Below, piece after piece: positions 1 through 12,146 of a stretch of DNA of 64,000 nt (the stretch's first letter is position 1; every line of letters starts with the position of its first letter). The notes below the pieces were generated by a model. That model saw only the letters and a list, made by a program, of their open reading frames with translations. It had not been told where the DNA came from and did no database searches. A program made the position numbers and the translations under genes. This DNA comes from Candidatus Bathyarchaeota archaeon (GTDB taxonomy: Archaea > Thermoproteota > Bathyarchaeia > Bathyarchaeales > Bathycorpusculaceae). The stretch lies in contig CAVYHV010000028.1 of NCBI GenBank assembly GCA_963768425.1, positions 1 to 64,000 on the forward strand, given 5' to 3'.

Positions 1-298
1 GAAGTAAGTTAAACTTGTAGGCTAAGCAAACCATATTACTTTTCTTATTTCTATATCTAACAAGTTTATATTTTGTTTAACAACGTTCAACGTTGCAAAA
101 TATGGACAAAAACAAATTGCCTCTTTCTTTTAGATGAAAATAATGAAGTACCTCGACATCCTCAACATACACTGAGGAAATCTTTTTCGCCGAGAGGAAA
201 ACGCGCTAACGAGAAAATGTCTATTAGACTACCTGGACAAAGTGTTAAATGCAAAAGAATAAGAAAATAAATTATAGGGAATCGGTGGAGCAAAGTAA

Positions 299-490
299 AT
301 GCTGGTAAGAAATCATGTGCTATATCCTTACTCAGACTGTGAAGCATGCAAAAGAAGTGGAGACTTACGAATACAAGGCTATAACGAAAAATGTCCCTAT
401 TGCCAAGGACCTGTTGAAGTAATAATCGATGAAACCCATTCAGGAAGAAATGTCTATCCAAGGCCTAGGGAGATAATCAAAATTTGTTAA
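299..490 (+). CDS. small zinc-ribbon protein
   Basis: Two CxxC pairs (CEAC, CPYC) in 63 aa. Confidence 0.5.
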   Translation: MLVRNHVLYPYSDCEACKRSGDLRIQGYNEKCPYCQGPVEVIIDETHSGRNVYPRPREIIKIC

Positions 491-518
491 GGATATAGGT
501 GTTGAGAAAGTAGAGTTA

Positions 519-941
519 ATGCCTGTACCTGACCAAGAAGAGTTTACCAAACTCATTCAACAACATGTGAAAAGATACAGAGAACTTGACCAAATCTACC
601 TTGAGGCAATCGAAAACATCAAGAAAGCTGGGCTATACAGTTTATCGGATGATGAAGTATTGTCTATATGGGAGTTCTATTTGTTGGACTGTGGAAACAT
701 GGGAAGGGTTTTAGGACACAAAGGATGCAGAAGAGCAGCAACAACCACAACAGCCAATATCTCAAGCGGTAGAGAAAAAGACAGGGATAAGCAAAGTATC
801 AAGCTTTCTGGGGAAACGGTAATTGGAGAAGGTGCATAGACTTTTGAATCTATGCCCTATCTGTTTTCGTTCTCTTGGAACAGACGAGAAGAAATGTAAG
901 AATTGCGGTTTCGACATAAAGAAACGAGGTATTAGATGCTA
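519..941 (+). CDS. hypothetical protein; a likely frameshifted C-terminal zinc ribbon (CPIC..CKNC) follows 839
   Basis: ORF 519..839 plus a CxxC..CxxC reading just downstream in another frame. Confidence 0.45.
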
Positions 942-987
942 AGTTTCTTATCCCTATACCGAGTATTTTCTTCTCGGTAACACTTGT

Positions 988-1590
988 TTATTCTACTTTT
1001 AACCAAAGATGTTTGATAACTTTTCTAACTTTCTCTTTCTTTACTTCTTTGTATTCATTACCTATTACAAAGTAGACTAATTCTAAGGGATAACGACCTT
1101 TCTCGTTAGTATTAATTCGGATGCTGCGAAGACCAACATCATCTTTGAAGATTTGTTTCTTAATTTCAAAATGTATACAGCCATACCTATCAACGTACCA
1201 CTGAGAATTTCGATTTGCACTTTTTACGACATAAACGTCAGAAAATGAAAGTTCAGGTAACTTGCCATCGGGCGTTCCGAAACCACAATACCATTCATTC
1301 ATTAGTAGGTTAAGTTTAGGTTTAGCCAAAATAATGATGTCATCTTCAAAATGTGATGGGATAACAAGTTCATCCTTTTCATGGTCTTGCTCATCTTGCT
1401 CGTAATATTTTAGAACAATTCCCATACTCTTGTGAGGAATGAAGAAATGAAAATCCACTGGGTCTTTCATTATTGTTTCGTATTCTTTGTTCTCTACTCG
1501 CCTTTTATACCAAAAATAAACACCATATATTGCACCAGAAAGAACAATCAAAAGAGTAGCTATGTCAACTCCAAGTGTTATTTCTGACAA
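988..1590 (-). CDS. membrane-anchored hypothetical protein
   Basis: 200-aa ORF with N-terminal TM helix followed by KRR. Confidence 0.7.
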   Translation of the reverse strand: MSEITLGVDIATLLIVLSGAIYGVYFWYKRRVENKEYETIMKDPVDFHFFIPHKSMGIVLKYYEQDEQDHEKDELVIPSHFEDDIIILAKPKLNLLMNEWYCGFGTPDGKLPELSFSDVYVVKSANRNSQWYVDRYGCIHFEIKKQIFKDDVGLRSIRINTNEKGRYPLELVYFVIGNEYKEVKKEKVRKVIKHLWLKVE

Positions 1591-1687
1591 GGCTATTACT
1601 CACTTTCCACAAACTAAGTGTTAATGTTATGTGTTATTTTAATAAATCTTAAATCTTTATGCGTAGAAATAGATTCAGGGTGAGAAA

Positions 1688-1909
1688 ATGAGTGTAGACA
1701 ATGAGATTTTAAAGCAATTAAAAACTAAGAAAATACGCATAGAAGCGAACAAAGAAATAATCAGAAATATTGTTAAAGAAAAATTTGGAGTTGAATTACC
1801 ATTTCCAGAAGATGGGAACATATATGATAAAAATAAAACTAAGCTAATTCAAATGATTAATGTTCTCTTTGAGGCATTAGCTGAATCTGCAGAGAAAACA
1901 TCCATTTAA
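1688..1909 (+). CDS. hypothetical protein
   Basis: 73-aa ORF with upstream cttaaa TATA and ggtga SD. Confidence 0.6.
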   Translation: MSVDNEILKQLKTKKIRIEANKEIIRNIVKEKFGVELPFPEDGNIYDKNKTKLIQMINVLFEALAESAEKTSI

Positions 1910-1924
1910 TCAAGTTTCTAATGA

Positions 1925-1946
1925 TCTCGGTAAGCTGGAAACTTGG
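1925..1946 (+). repeat. 22-bp direct repeat copy 1 (TCTCGGTAAGCTGGAAACTTGG)
   Basis: Identical to 3009-3030; intergenic. Confidence 0.85.
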
Positions 1947-1999
1947 GGTGACAACTCTTAAATCTGCATAGCATAGAATAGAAGAGTGGTCCTATTCAA

Positions 2000-2377
2000 A
2001 TGAATAAATTAGTGACAGGAATCGTAATCGGTTTAGTTGTTGGGCTAATTTTAGGATTCGCTGTTAGTACAGTTATCAAGTTACCAACTAGAAGCGGAAC
2101 AGGAACGAATGACCAAGTGCAAGTATCAGGAAATGTACCAGATAAAACAAGCGGTACTTTGTATTTTTCTAATCTAAATGGAACATTTCAAACAAGTGCT
2201 ACAGTTACAAATAGCGGATATAGTGTATTGCTTTTAGGTGGACAATCATATGACGTCAGCGTTCAATCAGGTGGTGGAAATACTATTGATGGTACATTTT
2301 ACCCATACATGAGTTACAATGTATTTTACGTTCCATTGGGTGTCTCCACCTTCACAGAGAACTTAGTGCCTAACTGA
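2000..2377 (+). CDS. membrane-anchored, beta-rich exported protein
   Basis: N-terminal hydrophobic helix; S/T/G/N-rich body. Confidence 0.75.
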   Translation: MNKLVTGIVIGLVVGLILGFAVSTVIKLPTRSGTGTNDQVQVSGNVPDKTSGTLYFSNLNGTFQTSATVTNSGYSVLLLGGQSYDVSVQSGGGNTIDGTFYPYMSYNVFYVPLGVSTFTENLVPN

Positions 2378-2414
2378 TAAGTCTTAAATCTGAAAAGGAA
2401 CAAATGCAAAAACA

Positions 2415-2899
2415 TCATTTGAACAGTTTTATTTTTCCCTGAAGTATTGGGATGGTGATTAACGCATTATATAGTTGCTCAAGCTGATTTTTCTCAGTCC
2501 AAAAATGTTTAGTTCCAGAATTTAAAATGTCAACGTAGATTTCGCTAAGACTTGCATAAGTGCTTTCTCGCATTCTAATCTCTTGTACATCATCATGCGC
2601 TATCGGAAAGAACCTTTGGTCCTTTCGAGTTTTCTCGTTTAATTCTTCCAAATTAATTTTGAATTTGTCACTGTCGTATTGCTTTTCTACCTATTTGCAT
2701 GCATTGCTAACGGCAGATCCTATACCAGCTCCAATCATGCCACCTAAAGCTCCACCAGACTGGGTTGCTGCTAATGCTGTCTTATCCAAAGACCTTATGA
2801 AAATCATATAATTTCCTGTCAAATAGACATCGAATAGTAATTTCCCCAAAAAGTTTTAAACCGTAATCTGCTTACTCTCGTTGCTTCGTTTTCATTCAT
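2415..2899 (-). CDS. hypothetical membrane protein, probably frameshifted (ORF track piece 2415..2651)
   Basis: SD and ATG near 2899, Gly/Ala-rich hydrophobic segment, C-terminal ORF 2415..2651. Confidence 0.4.
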
Positions 2900-3008
2900 T
2901 CTTTCTCACCTCTAAATAATCAATATTGAGCGATTTCAGGTTTAAGTTTTTCTTAAGATTGCAACTGATATGTAATTTTTCCTTTTACTAATTAAGGTGC
3001 TATGATGG

Positions 3009-3030
3009 TCTCGGTAAGCTGGAAACTTGG
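3009..3030 (+). repeat. 22-bp direct repeat copy 2
   Basis: Identical to 1925-1946. Confidence 0.85.
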
Positions 3031-3037
3031 AGATTTA

Positions 3038-3215
3038 TTATTCGGGAAATAGAAGCTTTTCACCGCACATAGGGCATTCACAGGGAATTTGTTTTGGAAG
3101 ACACTAATTCATATGAACAAGCAAAACAGAAGTATATTTGGCATTTAGGGCAGTGTTTACCAGCTCCGCCTATACTCTTTCCGCAAGCATCGCAAGGTCT
3201 CGATAAATCAACCAT
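3038..3215 (-). CDS. small four-CxxC zinc-finger protein (MVDLSRPCDAC..CPKC..CFAC..CPMCGEKLLFPE), with indel(s)
   Basis: Manual translation; absent from the ORF track. Confidence 0.6.
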
Positions 3216-3646
3216 AGAATACACTAAGTTCTCAAACGATTTTTAAAGCAAGTCGTGAAACTACTTTGCAGCACAGTAGAGACCATTTTGAAAGTGATTA
3301 GACAAAGCAAACAAGTTAAGTTTTCAAGAATAGAAGAAATCTACCACTACCAGAAAACAAGTCTAATATACTAAGAGTGATAGTTAAGTAAAATAATGCC
3401 TATTAAGAAGCAGGGGTGCTGGGAGGATAAAAGGGGAGGCTCAGGTGACTTCGAAGAAGCCAAAGCTATAGACCGAATTTACCTCTTTCCCTGCTTTTTC
3501 TTAGGCGATTATTTTACGTGCAACACATATAGCGGAAGTAGTTTTACAGGTTTCCTACAAATAAAATCTATTAAGCGAAAAACGCAATGCTGCGAAAGTT
3601 TTATGAAGCAAAATTAATAAAATAATCTTTAAGGGACAGACGAATT

Positions 3647-4054
3647 GTGACAAAATCAGCGCAGAAGTTTCTGCAAGTTGTGAGGCGTTTAGGGATTGTC
3701 AGCAGAAAGCGTGAATCTCAACTTTTTGAATTGCTATCCAAAAGAGCTCATGTTACACCCGATGTGGCAAAAAGTCTCACTAATGAATTAGTAATTTCTG
3801 GAGCACTGAAATGGAAATTCGATAGTGAAAAAGGGGAATATTCAGTATTTTACGTGGAACAAAATTATAAACCTGAAAGCTCAGAAGTAAGAATTATTTG
3901 CTATTTATTTGATAAAAAAATATCAAATATTACAGGAGATTTAATTGACACTATTGCTTTTGGACCGGCATCAAAACCTAGTGCCGTAACTGTTGCTAAG
4001 CAGCTCAAGGTTTCTAGTGAAAAAGGAACTCGTATTGAAATCAGTGCTTGGTGA
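3647..4054 (+). CDS. hypothetical protein, possible N-terminal winged helix
   Basis: 135-aa ORF with a helix-helix-helix-hairpin-like pattern. Confidence 0.5.
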   Translation: MTKSAQKFLQVVRRLGIVSRKRESQLFELLSKRAHVTPDVAKSLTNELVISGALKWKFDSEKGEYSVFYVEQNYKPESSEVRIICYLFDKKISNITGDLIDTIAFGPASKPSAVTVAKQLKVSSEKGTRIEISAW

Positions 4055-4721
4055 AGAAGTTGTGTACGAATTATCCCAGAATGGAAATGCGTTGGCTAGG
4101 AAATAATATGCGGCAACACGCGCGCTTTATGCGGAAAAAGGAAGAACAGAAATATTTACTGAAAAGCGGTGAATGGAAGACAATAAAAACAGGATTCGGT
4201 CCGAGTCACCCCAGAATCGGAACCCGCCACAATCCTTAGGTATTGCTTCAGCGCGTATTCAAAAGGTAGCCTAGCAGAGCTAAGAAAGCCTTTTCCAGCT
4301 ATAACAGTTGAGAATTTGCTTTGAGTTCGCTTGCATGGCGCGCAGAATCCGCTTCTGCCTATGCTCACGTTATGAGCGACTATGTGGACCCTTACAGTCC
4401 TGCTTGAATCAACATGGTAGCGTTGCATGATTTTTTTCAAAAAACTATGTTACACAAAATTGTAATAATGTGTAATTACGTATTTCGATGTCAAAACCGA
4501 CAATTTTTTAATGGCAGGGAGTAAAGTTGGGTAAAAAATTGTTTTATAACAGAGCTAACGGTTGGTCGAGAGGTCTGGAAAACGCCGTTAAAAATCGTTA
4601 AAAAATTAAAAAATGGTAAAAAATCGTGTATGCATTAAACGCCAAAAATCTCCGATAACTCCCAAGATGTTTTGGAGCAAAGAGAAGAACATTCTCAATT
4701 TGCAATGTTTTTTCTATTGCG

Positions 4722-4841
4722 AAGGGTTTGCTGAGGCTCTGGAAACTAAGGAAGAAAATTTCTTTTTTAGGAGAAAAAAGAAAATGCAAACTCTTCAATT
4801 GCAGCTATCTTGAATGTAACCAGAGCCTTCTCAGCGCCCAT
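4722..4841. repeat. ~120-bp palindromic repeat copy 1
   Basis: Near-identical to 9081-9201 and 13318-13439; ends GCTGAGGCTCTGG / CCAGAGCCTTCTCAGC are complementary. Confidence 0.95.
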
Positions 4842-4915
4842 TATTTTGTTTCTCATTGTTTTTGTTGGGACTAAAAAAAGGGAAAAGGGAATTTTTTGTT
4901 TTCCAACTTTCTTGC

Positions 4916-7694
4916 CTATGGTCGTTTTTTCAGTGTTCGCAGCACAAGCGCGCCAACTATTGTTACTGCGACTATGATGGTGATATGATGGCGATGGCTA
5001 TGTACAGAATGGAATAGCCAATTGGAGATAGCGATAGTGGCGTTGCTGTGGGTGCAATGGCAGGTGATGGTGTCGGAGTTGGACTTGGAGTTGGAGTAGG
5101 CGTTGAAGTCGGTGTTACCGGACCGCGGCTGCTTGGGTGTAGCATGTGATGTTAAGTCTGCCGGACGCAACATAGAGGTCGCCAGCGTATAGGTACAGGT
5201 GTGTTGGTTCGTTGCCAGGGACGATACGATTCTTTTGCTCCAGTGGCAGCGTTAATTACATAGACGTTGAAGGTTTCAGTGACATCATAGAGGTTTCCAG
5301 CGTAGTAGGATAATGGTGGGTCTGATTCTCTGTTAAGATATAGGTTCCAAGTGACGTTGCCGGAAACTGCGTTGAGACAAACGATATCATACCACTCGTT
5401 TAAGTATACGTTGCCTTCTGCATAGAGTACGCCTGCTACGTTTCTGTACCCCATTGGATTGCTGTTCCTGGGTCGTAGTATGCATTGTAAGTCCATTGTA
5501 TTTTTCCAGATGATAGATTCACAGCAAATGTAGCATGGTTGACCTGTTGTACAAAGGCAAGATTGTCTGTTGTGTCGACTGTTACTGGTGACTAGTATCC
5601 CTTCTCCTGTATAAGAAGCGACAGGATTATCCAGCAGCTTTGAATGGGTTCTCGACATAGGGAATTGTTATGTTGGTGATCAGTGTTCCTGTTTGTGCGT
5701 CAAGTTCGTAGAGGAAACCGTTAGGATTGGAGGTGCCCGAACTACCTACAGAACCGTCACCAGTGTCAGGTGCAATAAAGACGATGTTGTTAACGATTGT
5801 CGGTGTTCCGATTAGAGGTGCAGGTTTACCACCATTGTTACCCCAAGTGTACGACCAAATTGTCGCGCCAGTATTTGCATCTAGGCAATAGATGTAGTTG
5901 TTGTCTCCAATGTAAAGGTCGTTGCCTACAATCATCGGCGACGGTGGACCTTGTGTTCCCACGCTTCCAAAGCCGAAATTAGCGGCAACTCCTGCTGGTA
6001 TTGCTACCTTCCAGACTAAGCTGCCTGTAGCTGCGTTTAAGCAGTAGACGTTTCCGTCATCTGCGCCAGTATAGACATAACCGTTCAGTAAATGCGGGTG
6101 TGGAATAGACTGGAGCATTAGTTGTATAGTTCCAAATCACGTCGCCGTTACTTGCATTGAATGCGTAGATGTTCTTGTTTACTGAACCGATATAGCCTAT
6201 GCCATTAGCAAAAACAGGTGAACTTGCAAAAGCTGCTTCGTTGCCTAAGGGTTTATTCCATAGTACTGTTAAGTTTGTTGGTCCTACACCGCTTGAGTCA
6301 TGCGCAGCGTCATTCATGTACATTGGCCAGCTCTGTGATGCTCCATTGCCGATACATTCTACTTCTCCGAGCAATCCGATCCAGTGCCGCCAATTGCGCC
6401 TGTAGCTGTTGAGTACGTGTAACTTCCAGGTGTTGCTGATGAGGTTGTGGGTATCATGTAAAGATTGCCGTAAGCGACGCATTGGGCGTTATTTGGCGCT
6501 CCAGTTGCAATTGGAAGTGACCAAATTTCTGTGCCGTTGTAAGCATTAAAGCATTCAAACTCATTACTCCCATAGGCTCCCGTGTATGGGTTTCGGTATT
6601 GATTGTCTCCCATCTGTGCGTATATGTATCCTCCAGCTATTGTAAAAGTGCCTGAGTATCCGACGCCGTTGTTCGCTATAATGCAACCCAAACTTCTTTT
6701 CCTGTAGTAGCGTTTACCGCGTAGAAGTGTGTATCTTGGTTGTGTCCGTAGATCATTCCGTAGCTTGAACTTAGGCTCCAAGACCAACTGCTGTCAGGTG
6801 TTCCTGGATTAAACTTCCATAGGAGTTGTCCTGTAGTGATGTTCCAAGCATATATCCAGCCGTCTTCTGCTTCCGAAAGCAAAAACGCCGTCAATGGATG
6901 TAGTACCGCAAAATTCACTAAGATGGAACATAGACTGTCCATATATATGCCCCCGTTGCTGCGTTGAACCCACTGAATGTTTGGTCTGCTCCATTGCCAG
7001 AGACTATTACCCCGTCGCCATAATGCTGACACCTCGAAGTCTCTACTACATTTGGTTTTCCAGTATCGTTCCACAAGACTGTGGGTGGCTTGTGCTGGAT
7101 TGGTTAGTTCCCAACCGCATCACTTGCGAAAAACATTGGTGCTGGTAACTACTGGGGTCTGTAACAAGCGCTCCGCCGCCGCTCAGAATTTCTTGCCCTG
7201 CACTAAAAGCCTGCGGGGGCTTTCCAAACAAGTGTTCCTGTGTCAACTGTATAGCAATTTGAACCTAATAGCATGTAGTTGCCGCCTAAGTATAATGGTG
7301 ATCCTTGCAATCCAAAGAAATTAGGAATGGTGTAAACGATGTTTCCTGATCCGCCGTCCAATACAATTGTATCCGTTGTGTTTTCGACAAAGACGTAGCC
7401 ACCAAAAGCCGTCACGTCGCCAAGACTTGGTAATTAACTCCTGGAATATGCGCCGTCCACAATATGTTGTCGTTGTAGGACCTGGTCCTATAGCTGCAAA
7501 GCTTCGACTGTCATTTCCTGCAGGTGAAGCATATATGTCGTTGATTAAGCTTGGGCTAATGGTACTTCCTGAACTGCTTTGTCCCTTAGCGGAAGGAATT
7601 GTGAAGTTTGTATCATAGCTAGCATTGAAATTAACAGCAAAGCACTAATTATTACTGCAGTTGTCGGATTTCCAAGTTTTTTTGTATTTTTCAT
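4916..7694 (-). CDS. PQQ-like beta-propeller repeat surface protein (module 1), multiply frameshifted
   Basis: Signal peptide MKNTKKLG..; repeated 'VYCLNAATGSLVW' blades; P/S/T linker; C-terminal TM plus KKRP; split over many ORFs. Confidence 0.85.
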
Positions 7695-7810
7695 TTTTTC
7701 ACCATAATGCACATTGTACGATACAACAGTTTTATCACCTCTTGGAAAGAGTCCTCTTGCAAAAAGCTTTTAAAAGATAAGCAGGGAGACTTCTATTTGG
7801 TTGCGTAAGA

Positions 7811-8674
7811 TTGGAAAGAGAAAAGCTTGTTGAAAGGCTTTCAGGTTTTCTAACCCCTAATCAAGCGAAGGTCTATTCATATTTATGCGAGGTCCACGTT
7901 GCAACTATCTCCGACATTTCGAAGATAACTGGAATTCACGTTCAAGATGTCTACAAAGTGGTAGCCTCATTGGGAGAAAGAGCTAGCTTGAAGAACGAAA
8001 CACAACCGCTAACAATTGAGGCAATCCCAGTTGAGAAAGCCTTACCAAAGCTAATGAAATCAATTGAATCTAACACTTCTAAAAAAATAGAAAGATTAAA
8101 GATAAACTGTGAAGAAATCCTCGCGGAAAGAAGAAAAAATGTCAAGCCTGACACTCAAAATAAACAGAAAAATAATCCCATTATTGTTTTTTTTGACAAA
8201 GAAGCACCAGAATCAAGAGTCGACTTAGCATTCGACAGCCTGGACAAAGAATATGACTCTTTAATGATCGAGGGGAGTCCAAATTACCGTAAACTTGGTG
8301 TTGATTATGGAGAGGAACAATTTAAGAAACTCGCAAAAAGAGGCGTAAAAATAAGATTTCTGTCGCTCTCTAAAGACAAACGATTTGAAGAAGCAGAAGC
8401 ACTCAAGAAATGGGTCAAGGGAAACTATCAGATAAAAACGCTCACACTCAAAGATATACCTTTTTCACCCATGGCACTCATAGATTTCAACGAACTCTGG
8501 ATAGTCGCTTCATCGTCCACAGGAGAGGAAGGTGCGACGTTCTTAACTAACTTAAGAGAAGTGGTTGAATTGGCTAAATTTCAGTTTGAGGCATTGTGGA
8601 ATAATCCTAATACAAAGAGTATAGCGCAAAATGACTTAAACGGGAGAACCAATCGTAGCTCCAGCAACAAGTGA
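7811..8674 (+). CDS. TrmB-family transcriptional regulator
   Basis: LTPNQAKVY..ISKITGIHVQDVYKVVASL wHTH plus PLD-like effector domain (FEALW). Confidence 0.85.
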   Translation: MEREKLVERLSGFLTPNQAKVYSYLCEVHVATISDISKITGIHVQDVYKVVASLGERASLKNETQPLTIEAIPVEKALPKLMKSIESNTSKKIERLKINCEEILAERRKNVKPDTQNKQKNNPIIVFFDKEAPESRVDLAFDSLDKEYDSLMIEGSPNYRKLGVDYGEEQFKKLAKRGVKIRFLSLSKDKRFEEAEALKKWVKGNYQIKTLTLKDIPFSPMALIDFNELWIVASSSTGEEGATFLTNLREVVELAKFQFEALWNNPNTKSIAQNDLNGRTNRSSSNK

Positions 8675-8878
8675 GCTATTGTTAACTGTATTTAGGTACA
8701 GATAGGGATTACCTGAACCTGTTTCTCGGGGATATTGAACTGCTTCATCATAACTGATTTGAATATAGAAAAGGCCACTATTATTGAAGGATTCTGACAT
8801 TGTACCATAAGCCGATATTGTTATGTCGCTATTTGGAGCAAAATTAGATGCTGAAAACACGGTTAAGTAAATATCCAA
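8636..8878 (-). pseudogene. fragment of an exported protein
   Basis: S/N/Y-rich ORF remnant; upstream part has stops. Confidence 0.3.
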
Positions 8879-9080
8879 ATATTGAAACGTGGACTTGTTG
8901 AGTTCCGTAAAAAGCTATCATGTAGGGCTTTGGGTATTGAGTTTAGACTCATTCGGGTCTCGTTGGGCTGTTTGCGGTTCTGAAGACTTGGCAAAATCTT
9001 CTTTTATAATGTCAGGTGTCAAAATTAAGAAGTTTTTCCCAAAAAAAAGAAAAAAGGAATCGATGAGATGTTAGAGCATT

Positions 9081-9201
9081 AAGGGTTTGCTGAGGCTCTG
9101 GAAACTAAAGGAAGAAAAGTTCTTTTTTTAAGGAGAAAAAAGAAAATGCAAACTCTTCAATTGCAGCTATCTTGAATGTAACCAGAGCCTTCTCAGCCCA
9201 T
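9081..9201. repeat. ~120-bp palindromic repeat copy 2
   Basis: Near-identical to copies 1 and 3. Confidence 0.95.
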
Positions 9202-9282
9202 TCTTTTCATCTCTCCATTTTTTCTGTTTTTTAAAGGACTAAAAAAAGGGAAAAGAGGGTTTTGTGTTTGTCATTTTTTTCC

Positions 9283-11943
9283 TTATGGGTGTTTTCTCGT
9301 GACGAGCATTGCGACTCATGCGTGATGCCTACGATGAGGACGATGATGATGGCGACGATTCCGTACATAACTGTGGTGTTTGAGGCTAGACCTTGAACGG
9401 TGATGCTGTCGGTGCTTATTGTTGTCGAAGGAGCGTTAGCGTAGAAAGCGGATTGAGCGGAAGAGCCATAATATGATTGTGTGCCTGCGAACACTGCGGT
9501 TACAGTATAGTTGCCTGCGTATGTCAGGCTTCCAATTGAAGCTGTAAAAGCCGCTGGCAGTTGGTTGTGGTAGTGCCGATTGACCTGTAGTTGTTGTTAG
9601 AGTCTAAGACGTAAAGTGTCACTGGAACGCCTGTAAGTTGACTGGTTTTGCTTGCTGCTCGTATACATGTTCCATCCAAACTGTCATGCTTGCGTCAAGA
9701 AACGCATGGGAAGCCATGTGGGAAGTTGGCTGCAGCCTGCTTTTGGGTTGCGCCTGCGGAAATGTCCATTACTGTGCCAGTAATTGTGATCAGGTGTGGA
9801 TGTTGTTACTCCAACTCAGGAGCGTTAACTGTGGTATCGCTTGGTCCTTTGCCTGTTACGTAGATTTGGTTGTCGTAGCTGTTAAAGAAAGTCATGTAAC
9901 CGCTTGCGATTGCCGAAGACAAAGAGAAGTAGGAGTTTGTTAGGTCTGAGAGTGCCCAGACTTGTGCTCCAGTGCTAGGATTGAGAGCTGTTACGAGTCC
10001 GCCTTTGTAGATTGGCGTTTCTACTTGGTGTTGGCTTGATACGATGTAGAGTATTCCGTTGCCTACTGCGACTAATGAGTTTGGATACTGACCAGGATAT
10101 GGCAGTCCACTGCTGGTATTGTTGCCTTCTCCGCCGTTACCGTATGTCCAAAGCAGGTTTCCGTTGGATAAATCGTAGCAGTATACAAGTCCTCCTACGC
10201 CGCCAACGTATAGGTTGCCGTAAGCGATTGTTGCTGATTTCTGTGCCATCCAATTATAGTAGTTCATTGGTATTTCGGTGGAGGTTGGACCCCAAAGCTT
10301 CTGGCGTTTGGCCATGCTGTATCCAATGTACTGCATTGTTTGAACGTAATATTCGGTGAAAACCCCGACGCCTTTGTCAGCGGTTGCGTCTGCTCCGTTG
10401 TAGCCAACGGTAAGGTTGCCAGAAGGCGGCTGGACCGCGTTGCTCCAAAGTATGGAGCCTATTGCTCCTTTCGATGGGTTGAGATTAATTGCAAAGTATG
10501 TGTACGGAGAAGTGACTGGTGTAGGTCCATCAAGACTAGGCAAACATTCCTGGAAGGTTGCCTTCCAAGCATAGTAGCATGTTACCGCTAATGGCTTGTA
10601 GGATTGTAGGTGGATAAACCATTGCATTTAATGAGGGTATGGAAATGTTCCAGTTGTACATGATTGGTTCTGAGCCGTCAGTAATAGGGGGCACCACGCT
10701 AATGACTGTTGATGATCCATCGTAGTTGGGTTCCCAAAGTCGTGAGGAATTCCATTGGCTTAGGTAGTAGTTAGGTTCTATGGTGGTTCCATAATTTGTG
10801 AATGAATACGATAGAATTTCACCCATCGGGCAGCAGTTACGCCGCTTGGAATGTTTGTGACGTTGAACAGTGGTGTACCTGTATCCCCGTCAAATGCTTC
10901 CCAAGTTGTGCCTGAAACTGCGAATATCATTGGTGGAAAGACACCATGTTGGTTGGGGTCTTGTACGTCGTAAATGTAGGCGAAGGATGGTGCTGGGCAA
11001 CGTTTGAACTGGACCAGATAACTTTGCCAGTAACTAAGCTGACACAGACCGTTGGGCCATATGGTTGTGGACTCATTGCGTCTGAGACGCCGCCGTACGA
11101 TAATGGAGTAGTGTAGATTAGCATTCCGCTGACGATTATTGGGTTGTTGTATCTGCCGAGGTAAGCTGATCCATCGAAGTATGTGTCGCCTTGTATCGCT
11201 GAGTTGTTTCCGCCTACGACTCCGCCGCTTTGAAGTGGTGTTGTCCACATAATGTGCGCTGTTTGAGACCCGATTGCGTCGCCTGGGTTTCCCACGTCCC
11301 ATCCTTCGTATCCTCCCATGTATCCTGGGTACCCGGTGCCTAGCCAGTTTGAGGCTATGGGTGCCCAATTGGTGTTTTCACCGTAGATTGGGAATGTCCA
11401 GAATGAGGTCGGAAGCGGAGTTTCGGGAGTTGTGCCTGTTGGGGCCTTTTGAACAGTCAGAGTCGTTGTCGATGAACTGGGCATATAAATATCGTTTGTA
11501 TAGGCACTTAGGTCAAAAGGAAACATCCCAACGAAAGTTCCGCTCCAAGTGTAAATCTGTCCAGGATAATTGAAGGTAAAGGTGTAAGTGCCAGTCTGGG
11601 TAGGGCTAAATGAATAAGCTTGGTTTGATGTGGGATCTGACACCACTGCCCAGCTTTCGGTTGTGTTTGTACCATCCGGTGCAGTGATGATGAGTTGATA
11701 GTTGTGTGCTCGAATGTTATTGCTCAAGTCTGCGCCATACATCACTTCATCTATCCACATATAAACGATCACTGTCTGACCCACGCCTACGGGGTTAGGC
11801 GTAGCCTGCACATAGGCTGATGTCGGTATTTGCATTGGGGTGCTTGCGTTAGCGCTTGGTATTAGCAACATTGAAGCAGACATTGAAAACATTAAGAATG
11901 CAGCGATTGCAATAGTCGCAATTCTTTTTCTTAAATTTTTCAT
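9283..11943 (-). CDS. PQQ-like beta-propeller repeat surface protein (module 2), frameshifted
   Basis: Signal peptide; PNPVGVGQ Ig-like N-domain; PLPTSFWT, TAHIMWT motifs; propeller blades; TM plus RKHP. Confidence 0.9.
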
Positions 11944-12146
11944 TTGTTTTTTTTATCTCCTTTAAATTTGATGTTACGCGCTATTATTGCTTCAAATATA
12001 TATCTTTTTCCCAAAAAAAGGTCATTATGTTAAAATAGCTCTAAAAAAAATGTTAAAGATACAGATATTTGCATAGGCAATTCTAAAATAATTAATAAGG
12101 CTTTTTCAAAATACATTAATAAAGCTTTAAGAACAATAAACCCTGA

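Noticed and set aside
4598-4813. ORFs 4598..4798, 4613..4813 and 13159..13410 as real proteins
   Set aside because: Their similarity arises only from reading through the repeat; their N-termini are unrelated.
4820-4841. TPP riboswitch (GCUGAGA on the minus strand)
   Set aside because: The downstream CCUGAU..UAAU..GCG.AGGGA core is missing and there are no thiamine genes.
5050-5110. GGAGTT-like short tandem repeats
   Set aside because: They encode the Pro/Thr/Ser linker of the surface protein.
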